Positions 34,397 through 43,324 of a DNA stretch of 64,000 nt are shown here, piece after piece. Position 1 is the first letter of the stretch. The number at the start of each line of letters is the position of its first letter. The translations under genes and the position numbers were made by a program. The stretch is taken from NCBI GenBank assembly GCA_036304725.1, contig JAXIYC010000063.1:7304-71303 (forward strand), in the 5' to 3' direction. The notes beneath the pieces were generated by a model. That model was not told the origin of the DNA and searched no databases. It worked only from the letters and a program-made list of their open reading frames with translations. This stretch comes from Collinsella sp. (GTDB lineage: Bacteria; Actinomycetota; Coriobacteriia; Coriobacteriales; Coriobacteriaceae).

Positions 34397-34501
34397 GCGC
34401 GTTCGATGGGTTCGGATGACGACATGTTCCGAATCTGGTCAGGTCCGGAAGGAAGCAGCCATAAGGAGCCTCTGTCGGGCATCCGGATCCATCGAGTGCG
34501 C
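34397..34501 (+). ncRNA. ffs: signal recognition particle RNA, small (4.5S) type
   Basis: It contains the conserved domain IV motif GGTCAGGTCCGGAAGGAAGCAGCC. The 5-prime GCGCGTTCGATGGGTTCGGATG pairs with the 3-prime CATCCGGATCCATCGAGTGCGC, and GCGCTTTTTGG follows. Confidence 0.9.
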
Positions 34502-34519
34502 AGGCGCTTTTTGGTGCCG

Positions 34520-34626
34520 CGGCTACCCGCGAGTGCCGGCAGGGCGCTTGGTGTCTCGCTGGTCCTCGGCTTCGCCTGCGGGATCGCTCGACTACCAAGC
34601 GCCCTGCCGGCACTCGCGGGTAGCCG
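34520..34626. repeat. perfect 33-bp inverted repeat with 41-nt loop, immediately 3-prime of the SRP RNA
   Basis: CGGCTACCCGCGAGTGCCGGCAGGGCGCTTGGT (34520-34552) is the exact reverse complement of 34594-34626. Confidence 0.95.
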
Positions 34627-34837
34627 ACCAAAACCGCCTGAAGGGTCACATTTATCTGATAATTGAATCCCCGGCGTTATGCCGCTCGCTGGCGTTGCCA
34701 AAACATCGGCTGCTACGTGCCTTGGGCGCTAGTGACCGTTGCCCTTACATCTGTAACGAGTTGCTTACGCATCTCCAGGGTTCTCCGTACTATCATGAAT
34801 CAGATTGAATTGAGATGATGATAGGGAGCGCCTTTTT

Positions 34838-36697
34838 ATGATTGAGCTGCTCGGGCGTTTTGGTGGTAAATTTCGCCGGTATATGGTGATTGGCCCTGCG
34901 TGCAAGTTGATCGAAGTGATCTTTGACTTGCTTACGCCGCTGGTGATTGCCCAGATGATCGATAAAGGTATCGGTGCACACGACGTGAGTGCCGTCGTCC
35001 ACTATGGCATGGTGCTCGCCGCCATGGCCGTGATTGGCATCTCGTTTACGCTCGTCTGCCAAAAGATGGCGGCGCTCACCTCGCAGGGCATGGGTACTGA
35101 CATTCGCGGCGCACTCTACCAGCACATCAACAAGCTGAGCTATGCTGAACTCGATCGCTTTGGCACGCCGTCGCTCATCACGCGCATTACCAACGACGTC
35201 AACCAGGTGCAGCTCGCCGTGGCGCTGGGCGTGCGCATGCTCATCCGCTGGCCTTTCCTGGCGGTGGGCTCCATGGTCGCGGCCCTTGCCATCGACCTTA
35301 AGCTCGGCATGATCTTCTTGATTTGCACGCCCGCCATCGGCCTGGTGTTTTGGTTTGTTATGGCGCGCTGCATCCCGTACTACAAGCAGCTGCAGGCAAA
35401 GCTCGACCGCATCGCGCTTATTTGTCGCGAGGGACTTTCGGGCGCTCGTGTGGTCCGGGCGTTTGTGCGCGAGGGTCACGAGCGTGAGCGTTTTGCCCAG
35501 GCGGCCGATGACCAGGCGCGTGTCGCAATCGCGGTGGGCAAGCTCTCGTCGATTCTCAACCCCGTCACGTTTTTGGTGATGAACCTGGGCGTGTGCGCCA
35601 TCCTGTGGGTGGGCGGCATCCAGGTCAACGTGGGCGAGCTCACGCAGGGCCAGGTCATGGCGTTTGTGAACTACATGACGCAGACCCTGACCTCCATCGT
35701 GTATGTCGCCAACCTGGTCGTGGTCTTTACCAAGGCGAGCGCCAGTGCGTCGCGTCTCAACGAGGTACTCAATTGCGTGCCGAGCATTACCGACGAGGGC
35801 AACCAGACGGTTGCGCTGCCCGAGCCGAGCGCAGTGGGCAACGCTGTTCCGGTCCCCGCGCTGAGCTTGAGCCATGCGAGCTTCTCCTTTGGCGCGGGCG
35901 CCGCCAACGCCGTCAATGACGTGACCCTGGAGCTGCCGGTGGGCAAAACCCTCGGCATTATCGGCGGTACGGGCAGCGGCAAGTCCACGCTCGTCTCGCT
36001 TATCCCGCGCCTGTACGATGCGTCGGCGGGAACGGTTCGCGTTTTCGGCCGTGACGTGCGCTCGTGGAATCTTGACCAACTGAGGGAGGTTATTGGCATG
36101 GTCCCCCAGCGGGCGACCCTCATGAGCGGCACGATTCGTTCCAATCTGGCATGGCGTCAAAGGACGTGCTTTATGGATGACGTGCTTTGGGATGCGCTCG
36201 AGACGGCCCAGGCGGACGATTTTGTACGTAACCTGCCGGACGGCCTCGATGCTCCCGTCGAGGCAGGCGGCAAAAATTTTAGCGGCGGACAACGTCAGCG
36301 TCTGACTATCGCGCGTGCTCTGGTGGAATACCCGCAGATTCTCGTTATGGACGATTCGGCATCGGCGCTCGATGTAAAGACGGATGCGGCTCTGCGCCGT
36401 GCGGTGCGCGAACTCGCAGGAAGAGCCCCGGTGTTTTCGAGGGGTGTCCCCATGACCACGGTGATCGTGAGCCAGCGCGTCTCGACCGTGCGCGATGCCG
36501 ACATGATCTGCGTGCTCGACCACGGATCGGTCGCGGGCCTGGGCACGCACGATGAGCTGTATGCGACCTGCCAGCTCTATCGCGAGATTTGCCAGTCGCA
36601 GCTGCGTCGCGAGGAGCTCGAGGGCCAGCAGGGGAACGCGACGCCCGTGTCCGCCCCGATCGCCTCCGCATCCGTCTGCGCAAAGGAGGGCTGCTAA
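34838..36697 (+). CDS. ABC exporter, fused permease/ATPase
   Basis: Six-TM domain, Walker A GGTGSGKST, signature FSGGQRQRLTIARAL and Walker B ILVMDDSASALD. Confidence 0.9.
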   Translation: MIELLGRFGGKFRRYMVIGPACKLIEVIFDLLTPLVIAQMIDKGIGAHDVSAVVHYGMVLAAMAVIGISFTLVCQKMAALTSQGMGTDIRGALYQHINKLSYAELDRFGTPSLITRITNDVNQVQLAVALGVRMLIRWPFLAVGSMVAALAIDLKLGMIFLICTPAIGLVFWFVMARCIPYYKQLQAKLDRIALICREGLSGARVVRAFVREGHERERFAQAADDQARVAIAVGKLSSILNPVTFLVMNLGVCAILWVGGIQVNVGELTQGQVMAFVNYMTQTLTSIVYVANLVVVFTKASASASRLNEVLNCVPSITDEGNQTVALPEPSAVGNAVPVPALSLSHASFSFGAGAANAVNDVTLELPVGKTLGIIGGTGSGKSTLVSLIPRLYDASAGTVRVFGRDVRSWNLDQLREVIGMVPQRATLMSGTIRSNLAWRQRTCFMDDVLWDALETAQADDFVRNLPDGLDAPVEAGGKNFSGGQRQRLTIARALVEYPQILVMDDSASALDVKTDAALRRAVRELAGRAPVFSRGVPMTTVIVSQRVSTVRDADMICVLDHGSVAGLGTHDELYATCQLYREICQSQLRREELEGQQGNATPVSAPIASASVCAKEGC

Positions 36698-38557
36698 ATG
36701 AATCCGTACACTTCCTCCGGTTCGGTCGCCACGATGACGGCCAACGTGTCCGGTAACGATAGCCTCAACGACCTGGGCGACGGCCCGCGCCAGCCTGGCG
36801 ACCCCGAGCGCTATCCCGTGGGTGCGGTGACCCGCCGCCTGCTGGGCTATGTTCGCCCGCACCGCGTCTCGTTTACGGCATCGTTTGTGAGCGCCGCAAT
36901 CTCGGTGATCTTGCAACTCTATACGCCCATCCTCATTGGCGAGGGCATCGACCTTATCGTCGCCGCCGGACAGGTGGACTTCGATGCGCTGCTGCCGCTT
37001 GTCACCAAGCTCGCGATTGTCGTCGTAGGTGCTGCGGCCTTCCAGTGGCTGCAGGGCTACTGCGTTAACCGTCTGTCCTACGAGACGGTGCGCGACATGC
37101 GCGTTGAGGCGAGCGACAAGCTCAGCCGCATGCCGCTCAGCTTTATCGACGGCCATGCCCACGGCGACCTCATGAGCCGCGTGGTCAATGACGTCGATCA
37201 GGTGGGTGACGGCCTGCTGCAGGGCTTTACGCAGCTCTTTACCGGCGTCATCACCATCGTGGGCACGCTCGCGTTTATGCTCTCCATCAACCTGACCATG
37301 ACGCTTGTGGTGGTGCTCGTCACGCCGCTTTCCGTCTTTGCGGCCGGTGCCATCGCCAAGCTCTCCAATAAAAGCTTTACGGCCCAGCAGCGTATTCAGG
37401 GTCAGCTGGGCGGTCATATCGAGGAGTATGTGGGCGAGCAAAAGCTGGTTGATGCGTTTGCCTACGGCTCGAACGCCCAAGCGCGCTTCGACGCACTCAA
37501 CGCCGAGCTCTATACGGCAGGCGAGCGCGCGCAGTTTATGGGTTCGCTCTCCAACCCCGGCACGCGCTTTATCAACAACATCATCTACGCCGTGGTCGCC
37601 GTGATCGGCTGCGTGGGCGTGATCACGGGCGTGCCGGCGGCGCTTACGGTGGGCGGCGTGCAGATCTTCCTGTCCTACGCCAACCAGTACACCAAGCCGT
37701 TCAACGAGGTCACGAACGTCATCACGCAAATCCAGACGGCGTATGCCTCGGCACGCCGCATGTTCGCGTTGCTCGATGCGCGCGAGCAGGAGCCCGACGC
37801 TGTGGATGCCATTGAGCTCACTGCCCCGAAGGGCGAGGTTTCGTTTGAGCATGTGTACTTTAGCTATGTGCCCGACCGCAAACTGCTGCAGGATATCTGC
37901 ATCGATGCCAAGCCCGGCATGCGCTTTGCCCTCGTCGGTCCCACGGGCTGTGGCAAGACGACGCTCATCAACCTGCTGCTGCGCTTTTACGATATCGATG
38001 CTGGGCGCATCGTGGTCGACGGTCGCCCCTCGCGTGACTACACGCGCTCGAGCCTGCGCCGTGCCTTTGGCATGGTGCTGCAGGACACATGGCTGTTCGA
38101 GGGCACGGTGGCGGAAAACATCGCCTACGGCTGTCCTGACGCCACGCGCGAGCAGGTTATCGAAGCTGCCAAGCGCGCGCATGCGCACAAGTTTATCGTG
38201 CAGCTGCCAGGCGGCTACGATACGGTCATCGGCGAGGACGGCGGCACGTTTAGCCAGGGTCAAAAACAGCTGCTGTGCATTGCGCGCGTTATGCTCACCG
38301 ATCCGGCGATTCTGCTGCTGGACGAGGCAACGTCGAGCATCGATACGCGTACCGAGCTGCAGGTGCAGGCGGCATTCGACGAGCTCATGGCCGGTCGCAC
38401 AAGCTTTGTCGTGGCGCACCGCCTGAGCACCATCCGCAACGCCGACTGCATTCTGGTGATGCGCGACGGCCAGATTATCGAGCGCGGCACGCACGACGAG
38501 CTGCTAGCGGCAGGCGGCTTCTACGCCGAACTCTACCGCAGCCAGTTTGCCCAGTGA
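36698..38557 (+). CDS. ABC exporter, fused permease/ATPase (partner)
   Basis: The ATG directly abuts the upstream stop (TAAATG). Walker A GPTGCGKTT, signature FSQGQKQLLCIARVM and Walker B ILLLDEATSSID. Confidence 0.9.
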   Translation: MNPYTSSGSVATMTANVSGNDSLNDLGDGPRQPGDPERYPVGAVTRRLLGYVRPHRVSFTASFVSAAISVILQLYTPILIGEGIDLIVAAGQVDFDALLPLVTKLAIVVVGAAAFQWLQGYCVNRLSYETVRDMRVEASDKLSRMPLSFIDGHAHGDLMSRVVNDVDQVGDGLLQGFTQLFTGVITIVGTLAFMLSINLTMTLVVVLVTPLSVFAAGAIAKLSNKSFTAQQRIQGQLGGHIEEYVGEQKLVDAFAYGSNAQARFDALNAELYTAGERAQFMGSLSNPGTRFINNIIYAVVAVIGCVGVITGVPAALTVGGVQIFLSYANQYTKPFNEVTNVITQIQTAYASARRMFALLDAREQEPDAVDAIELTAPKGEVSFEHVYFSYVPDRKLLQDICIDAKPGMRFALVGPTGCGKTTLINLLLRFYDIDAGRIVVDGRPSRDYTRSSLRRAFGMVLQDTWLFEGTVAENIAYGCPDATREQVIEAAKRAHAHKFIVQLPGGYDTVIGEDGGTFSQGQKQLLCIARVMLTDPAILLLDEATSSIDTRTELQVQAAFDELMAGRTSFVVAHRLSTIRNADCILVMRDGQIIERGTHDELLAAGGFYAELYRSQFAQ

Positions 38558-38684
38558 GCAAGCCCGTGGGGCAAATTAATCAATCGACAGACGGTGGTTT
38601 ACATCTGTCACGTTAGTACTAAGATATTCATCTAATAAATTGCAATAGCGGCTTTAGTTTTGGGGGAAACGAGGCAACGTGACT

Positions 38685-39236
38685 ATGACGTGCTCTTTGG
38701 TGGTTAACAGCAAGAGCGGTAATACCAGGATGGTTTCGGGTGCGATCAAGCGCGCTCTGCAGGCTGCGGGCGTTGAATTTGTCCATGCCGCGGCGTTGAG
38801 CGACGATGCGGATGCAGATCAGGTTGCGCTCGAGGCGCAGGGCGCCTGCGCGGCCGATACGGTGCTCGTCGGTTTTTGGTGCGACAAGGGCGCGTGCACG
38901 CCTTCGGTCGCGGCGTTGCTCTCCGCCTTGCACGGCAAGCGCGTCTTCCTGTTTGGCACCTGCGGTTTTGGCGCCGACCAGAGCTATTACCAGCAGATTA
39001 TTGACCGCGTGACCTCCAATTTGGCCAACGATGCCGAGCTTGCGGGCTGGGCGATGTGTCAGGGCAAGATGGGCCCCGCGGTCAAGCAGCGCTACGAGGC
39101 CATGCTCGAGCAAGATCCCGACAACGCGCGCTATAAGATGCTGCTCGACAACTGGGTTGCCGCAAAGGACCATCCCACCAAGGAAGATCTGGATAACATG
39201 GCCGCAGCCGCCAAGAAGGCCGTGCTGGGAGAGTAG
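38685..39236 (+). CDS. flavodoxin-like family protein
   Basis: N-terminal SKSGNTRMV phosphate-loop-like motif and a flavodoxin-like alpha/beta pattern. A GTG at 38679 is an alternative start. Confidence 0.65.
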   Translation: MTCSLVVNSKSGNTRMVSGAIKRALQAAGVEFVHAAALSDDADADQVALEAQGACAADTVLVGFWCDKGACTPSVAALLSALHGKRVFLFGTCGFGADQSYYQQIIDRVTSNLANDAELAGWAMCQGKMGPAVKQRYEAMLEQDPDNARYKMLLDNWVAAKDHPTKEDLDNMAAAAKKAVLGE

Positions 39237-39279
39237 CTTCGCCGTTCGCGGTCCTTCGTGCAAAACAATACAAGTGTGA

Positions 39280-39308
39280 AAGCCTCGAAATTCTCGAGGC
39301 TTTTTTCT
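39280..39308 (+). terminator. intrinsic terminator after the flavodoxin-like gene
   Basis: Stem AGCCTCGA / TCGAGGCT with loop AATTC, followed by TTTTTTTC. Confidence 0.8.
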
Positions 39309-39479
39309 TGACACTCATAGGCGCAACCGTGGCAACCGTTTGGGGTGACATTTTCCATCACCCCGATGACGAGACCGTCTTGGATGACACGCTCTCATGC
39401 GTTCGCTGGATGTATTCAGAGTGGGACGGGCTTTCCGGATGGATGGGGTTTCGGAAAGTGCGTCCCAGAATTTGCCTTT

Positions 39480-39533
39480 GGAATGGGATGCAGTTTCCCA
39501 ACGGAGCCACAAGCGGAAACTGCATCCCATTCC
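39480..39533. repeat. perfect 19-bp inverted repeat (16-nt loop), inside a longer imperfect palindrome
   Basis: GGAATGGGATGCAGTTTCC / GGAAACTGCATCCCATTCC, with flanking CCCAGAATT / GAATTCTGGG extending the pairing to about 39457-39556. Confidence 0.95.
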
Positions 39534-39646
39534 GGACGTGAATTCTGGGACACGGTTTCCGGATGCAAAAAAGGCCACAAGACGTGGCCTTCAACTTATA
39601 TATGTTGCGGATACCCCCCATGACAAGCCGCGCTCCAACAACAGGG

Positions 39647-39776
39647 CGTCTGTCCGGGCGGAGGCATATAAGGTTCATCGCGAGTTCCGCACGCAAAGGA
39701 GGCCACTTAATGTGGCCTCCGTCTTGCGCAGGACTGTCCGAGCAGGGAACCTTATATGCCTCCGCCCGGACAGACG
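39647..39776. repeat. perfect 30-bp inverted repeat with 70-nt spacer containing an inner hairpin
   Basis: CGTCTGTCCGGGCGGAGGCATATAAGGTTC (39647-39676) is the exact reverse complement of 39747-39776. The inner hairpin is GGAGGCCAC-TTAAT-GTGGCCTCC. Confidence 0.95.
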
Positions 39777-39803
39777 TTTCAGTTGTGAATTAGCAGCGAC
39801 CCG

Positions 39804-42119
39804 CTACTTGATCTTGGTTGTACCCGGCGCCAAGTTGGGGTCGGTCTCGTTGGCCTCGGTCTGGAAATGCTCGGTGTAGACGTTCTTGCCGTCGCGGAAC
39901 ATCTCGTAGTACTGCATCTTGGCGTAATCCTCGCGCGCCTTGGTGGCGGCTGCGGCAGCGGCGTCGTCACCGGTGACGTTGGAGGAGAGCGCCCAACGCA
40001 GGCTGGCGTCCTCGTAGCCCACCGAGTTGATGGCGGGCAGCGACTTACGCAGCGTCATGTGCGCTTTCTGGTAGTCGGTCAGCGGTGCGCCGATCAGTTG
40101 CATCAGCTGGGTGGACAGGTAGTTGGCGGACAGGTCGTCGACCTCGCTTGTCTGGTCGCAGCCGGCAACGTCGTAGTTGGCCCAGATGATGTAGTCGGTC
40201 TGCCACAGACGTTCCTGGTGCGTGGCATCGTCCTCGCCGGTAAACCACTTATCGTTGAACTTGGACGGGAAGAACGGCTGGTGGTCGCCCCAGAACACCA
40301 CGACCACCTTGCGATCGAGTTTGCTCAGGGCGTTGAGGAAGTAGCGAAGCGCCTGGTCGGACTGCTCGATGCACGAGACGTACTCGTCGACATCGGACAG
40401 CGTGCCGTCCTCAACGGTCTTGGCGTCCAGGTCGGTTGTGTCGATGTTGAGATGCATCTGCTTGTCGACCGGCAGCAGGCCCGTGTCGTAGCCCGAGTGG
40501 TTCTGCATGGTCACGTCGAAGATAAACTGCGGATCGGCGTTCTGGTCGAGCAACTCGAGAATCTTGTCGTAGGTAGCCTGGTCGGTCACCATGCCGCGCA
40601 GGGTGTCGGCTCCCTGGAAGTCGTTGATGGACAGGAACTGGTCAAAGCCAAAGTCCTTGTAGACGTTCTCGCGGTTCCAGTTGGTCGCGTGGTTGGGGTG
40701 CATGGCTGTGGTGGAATATCCGAGCGACTTGAACTGCTCTGCCAGGTTCCCGGTCGTTTCCATGTTGTAGATGGTGTAGGGGTACACACCCGAGCCCAGG
40801 TTGGCCATGGAGTTGCCGGTCATAAACTCAAACTCGGTATTGGCGGTACCGCCGCCGTAGGCGCTCACGTAGAGCTTGCCGCGGCTGAGGCAGTTGGACA
40901 GGCTCTTAAAGTACTGCGGGCCCTCGTAGCCGGCGCGCATATTCTGGTAGATGGATAGATCCGAGAAGGTCTCGTTCATGATGGCGATGACCGTAGGCTT
41001 CTCGCTGTCGAACTGCTCCTTTGCGGCGGCGCGCTCGTCGCTCTTGGCCGCGTCGGACTTGTCGTAGGCCTTGGCGTACTTTTTGAGCGTGGCCTTGGCA
41101 TCGTCGACGGAGTAGTCGGCGGGTTTGGGCGGCTTGATGGACTGCGCCGCACTAATAAAGGCGGGCAGGTAGCCCTCGCGCCAGTAGCTCTCGAGCGGGC
41201 GCCAGGTGTAGACGGTGATGCCGAGGGTGTTGTAGTAGTCGATGAGCGTGACATGCGCGGTTACGCCGCCCAGGCACAGCACTGCCACGAGCAGGTTGGT
41301 GAGCAGCATACGCTTGGCGTTGGCGGTACCCTTCTGACGGTGCGGTGCCACCAGGCCGGCGTACTCGCACAGCAGCATGGCGATGGCGGTAAAGCCCATG
41401 GACAGCACGCAGAACAGCGAGATCGAGAAGGTGTAGCCGTTGCCGGCGACCGCGGCGGCGGTGGAGATGGCCGAAAGGTCGCCCGGCTGGATGGGCATGG
41501 ATTTAAACGTGATGACGAAGAACTCGGCAATGCCCAGGACAAAGAGGGCAAAGGCCAGGACCGCGGGAGCTGCGCCGTGGCGCTGGAATAGGAAGAACAA
41601 GCCGGTCATGAGCACGGTGATGATGGCCCACTCGAGCAGGATGCACAGGGGGTAGACCCAGGTAAAGTCGTGGTTGGACGAGACTTCCATTCCCAGCAGC
41701 GCAAAGACGCCGGCGAGCAGCAGGCACAAGACAGCGGCGACGAGCGGTTTGCCCACAAAGGCGCCGCGCAGGCGGGCGAGCTTGCCGGTGGGGGCGGGGG
41801 CGTCGGGCGCGGCGAACTCAAAGACGCGCGGGGCGATGCGCTCGCGTGCGATGCTGGCCCAAGCGCAGCCGGTGAGGATGGCGTTGGTTAGGATGAGCAT
41901 CACAAAGGCGAGCGGCTCGTTTTGGGCGACGAGGCCAATGGCGCCCCAAATGGTCAAAAAGAGCTGGAACAGGCCGAAGGCGACGCTCCACCCAAGAGCG
42001 CTTTTGGCAACGGTGCCCGACTGAGCGCGAATGGCCTTGGCCTCGCGCAAGACAAGGTAGACGGTCGCCGCAAGACCGACGAGCGAGATGGCGGCAGCGA
42101 ACATGCTGAGACTCCTCAC
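39804..42119 (-). CDS. LTA synthase family protein (membrane-anchored sulfatase/phosphoglycerol transferase)
   Basis: Long polytopic N-terminal domain plus an extracytoplasmic sulfatase-like domain (NETFSDLS...GGGTANTEFEFMTGNS...MHPNHATNWNR). Confidence 0.85.
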   Translation of the reverse strand: MRSLSMFAAAISLVGLAATVYLVLREAKAIRAQSGTVAKSALGWSVAFGLFQLFLTIWGAIGLVAQNEPLAFVMLILTNAILTGCAWASIARERIAPRVFEFAAPDAPAPTGKLARLRGAFVGKPLVAAVLCLLLAGVFALLGMEVSSNHDFTWVYPLCILLEWAIITVLMTGLFFLFQRHGAAPAVLAFALFVLGIAEFFVITFKSMPIQPGDLSAISTAAAVAGNGYTFSISLFCVLSMGFTAIAMLLCEYAGLVAPHRQKGTANAKRMLLTNLLVAVLCLGGVTAHVTLIDYYNTLGITVYTWRPLESYWREGYLPAFISAAQSIKPPKPADYSVDDAKATLKKYAKAYDKSDAAKSDERAAAKEQFDSEKPTVIAIMNETFSDLSIYQNMRAGYEGPQYFKSLSNCLSRGKLYVSAYGGGTANTEFEFMTGNSMANLGSGVYPYTIYNMETTGNLAEQFKSLGYSTTAMHPNHATNWNRENVYKDFGFDQFLSINDFQGADTLRGMVTDQATYDKILELLDQNADPQFIFDVTMQNHSGYDTGLLPVDKQMHLNIDTTDLDAKTVEDGTLSDVDEYVSCIEQSDQALRYFLNALSKLDRKVVVVFWGDHQPFFPSKFNDKWFTGEDDATHQERLWQTDYIIWANYDVAGCDQTSEVDDLSANYLSTQLMQLIGAPLTDYQKAHMTLRKSLPAINSVGYEDASLRWALSSNVTGDDAAAAAATKAREDYAKMQYYEMFRDGKNVYTEHFQTEANETDPNLAPGTTKIK

Positions 42120-42317
42120 AAACTAAAACCTACGAAAGCGGGGGTTTACCCGATTGTTACCAAGATATGCGCTGCAATTGGTGGCTGCGCACAACAACCA
42201 GCCATATTAACGCGCACGTGTGGCGGTGTGGCGCAATGGAGTGGCGACCTGCGCGATAATGGACGGGAATTACACGGAAACGTAAAGGCTTCTTAAAGAA
42301 TTAGCGAGGATGAGGCG

Positions 42318-43166
42318 ATGAACGAGCAGGTTTGCACCAAGGCTGTGGATACGTGCGGCTATCCGGTCGAGACGACGGGCAATGCGGTGCTGGACACGTT
42401 GGAGCACCGTTCCTCCACGCGTGCCTTCGCGCGTGATGACGATGACCGTCCCGTGGCGGTGACCGACGAGCAGCGGGCGGCGATTCTGCATGCGGCGAGT
42501 CGTGCGCCGTCGGCGGGCGCCATGATGATGTATTCCATCGTGAGCATCCGCGAGCAGGCAACGCTCGACCGCCTGGCCGACCTGTGCGACCACCAGCCCA
42601 TGATCGCCAAGGCGCCCTGGGCACTGATATTTGTGGTCGATTATGCCAAGTGGATCGATCTGTTTGAGCACGTGGGCTGCTTTGAGCCCGAGTTTGTCGA
42701 GCGCACGGGTAAGGCGCCCCGCCGCGCGCCGGGTTTGGGCGACTTTGCCATCGCGGCCCAGGACGCCGTGATCGCCGCGCAAAACGCCGTGGTTGCCGCC
42801 GAAGCTCTGGGCCTGGGGAGCTGCTACATCGGTGATATCGTCGAGAATGCCGAGGAAGTTGCCGAGCTGCTCGATCTGCCGCCCTATACCATGCCGCTGT
42901 CGATGCTCATCATCGGCACGCCCCGCAAGGAGCGCCCGGCTATTGCGCATCCCGTGGTGAACCTGGTGCACGAGGAGCGCTACTGCCGCGCCGATGCTGC
43001 GACCATGGACGCGCAGGTGGCCGAGATGGACGCGATGTTCCGTCCGCATGCCCGCGAGGTGGGGGAGCGCGTCGTGGACATCTATACCCGCAAGCACACG
43101 AGTCCCTTTATGGCCGAGATGAGCCGCTCCATGGAGTGGTGGTTCAAAAATTGGCTCGGAAAATGA
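42318..43166 (+). CDS. NfsA-like oxygen-insensitive NAD(P)H nitroreductase family protein
   Basis: LEHRSSTRAF N-terminal motif and a nitroreductase fold with a C-terminal extension. 282 aa. Confidence 0.8.
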   Translation: MNEQVCTKAVDTCGYPVETTGNAVLDTLEHRSSTRAFARDDDDRPVAVTDEQRAAILHAASRAPSAGAMMMYSIVSIREQATLDRLADLCDHQPMIAKAPWALIFVVDYAKWIDLFEHVGCFEPEFVERTGKAPRRAPGLGDFAIAAQDAVIAAQNAVVAAEALGLGSCYIGDIVENAEEVAELLDLPPYTMPLSMLIIGTPRKERPAIAHPVVNLVHEERYCRADAATMDAQVAEMDAMFRPHAREVGERVVDIYTRKHTSPFMAEMSRSMEWWFKNWLGK

Positions 43167-43168
43167 CG

Positions 43169-43201
43169 AATGTGACAAAGGGACAGCCCCTTTGTCACAT
43201 T
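43169..43201. repeat. palindromic hairpin repeat, GACAAAGGGACAG-CCCTTTGTC family (copy 3)
   Basis: AATGTGACAAAGGG-ACAGC-CCCTTTGTCACATT has a perfect 14-bp stem and starts 3 nt after the nitroreductase stop. Confidence 0.95.
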
Positions 43202-43324
43202 CCATATCGCTGCGGTGGCCTAAAGGCCGTATAAATGTTTATCTAGCTGGGAAAACAGTGCATTAAAACATGGGCCGATTGCCTATAATCCCTTCGAACA
43301 TTAAAGTTGGGAGGAAACCGGCTT

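Noticed and set aside
39308-39879. Several 76-160-aa ORFs on both strands in the flavodoxin/LTA-synthase gap.
   Set aside because: They are translations of the inverted repeats (the same peptides appear mirrored on both strands). They have no RBS or family similarity and overlap one another.
43204-43324. Possible c-di-AMP (ydaO/kimA-type) riboswitch or another K+-related leader upstream of kup.
   Set aside because: The gap is only ~120 nt and lacks the conserved pseudo-twofold ACGGGGA/CCCA-type elements. I could see only a TATAAT hexamer (43284-43289), which I could not support as a promoter without a convincing -35.
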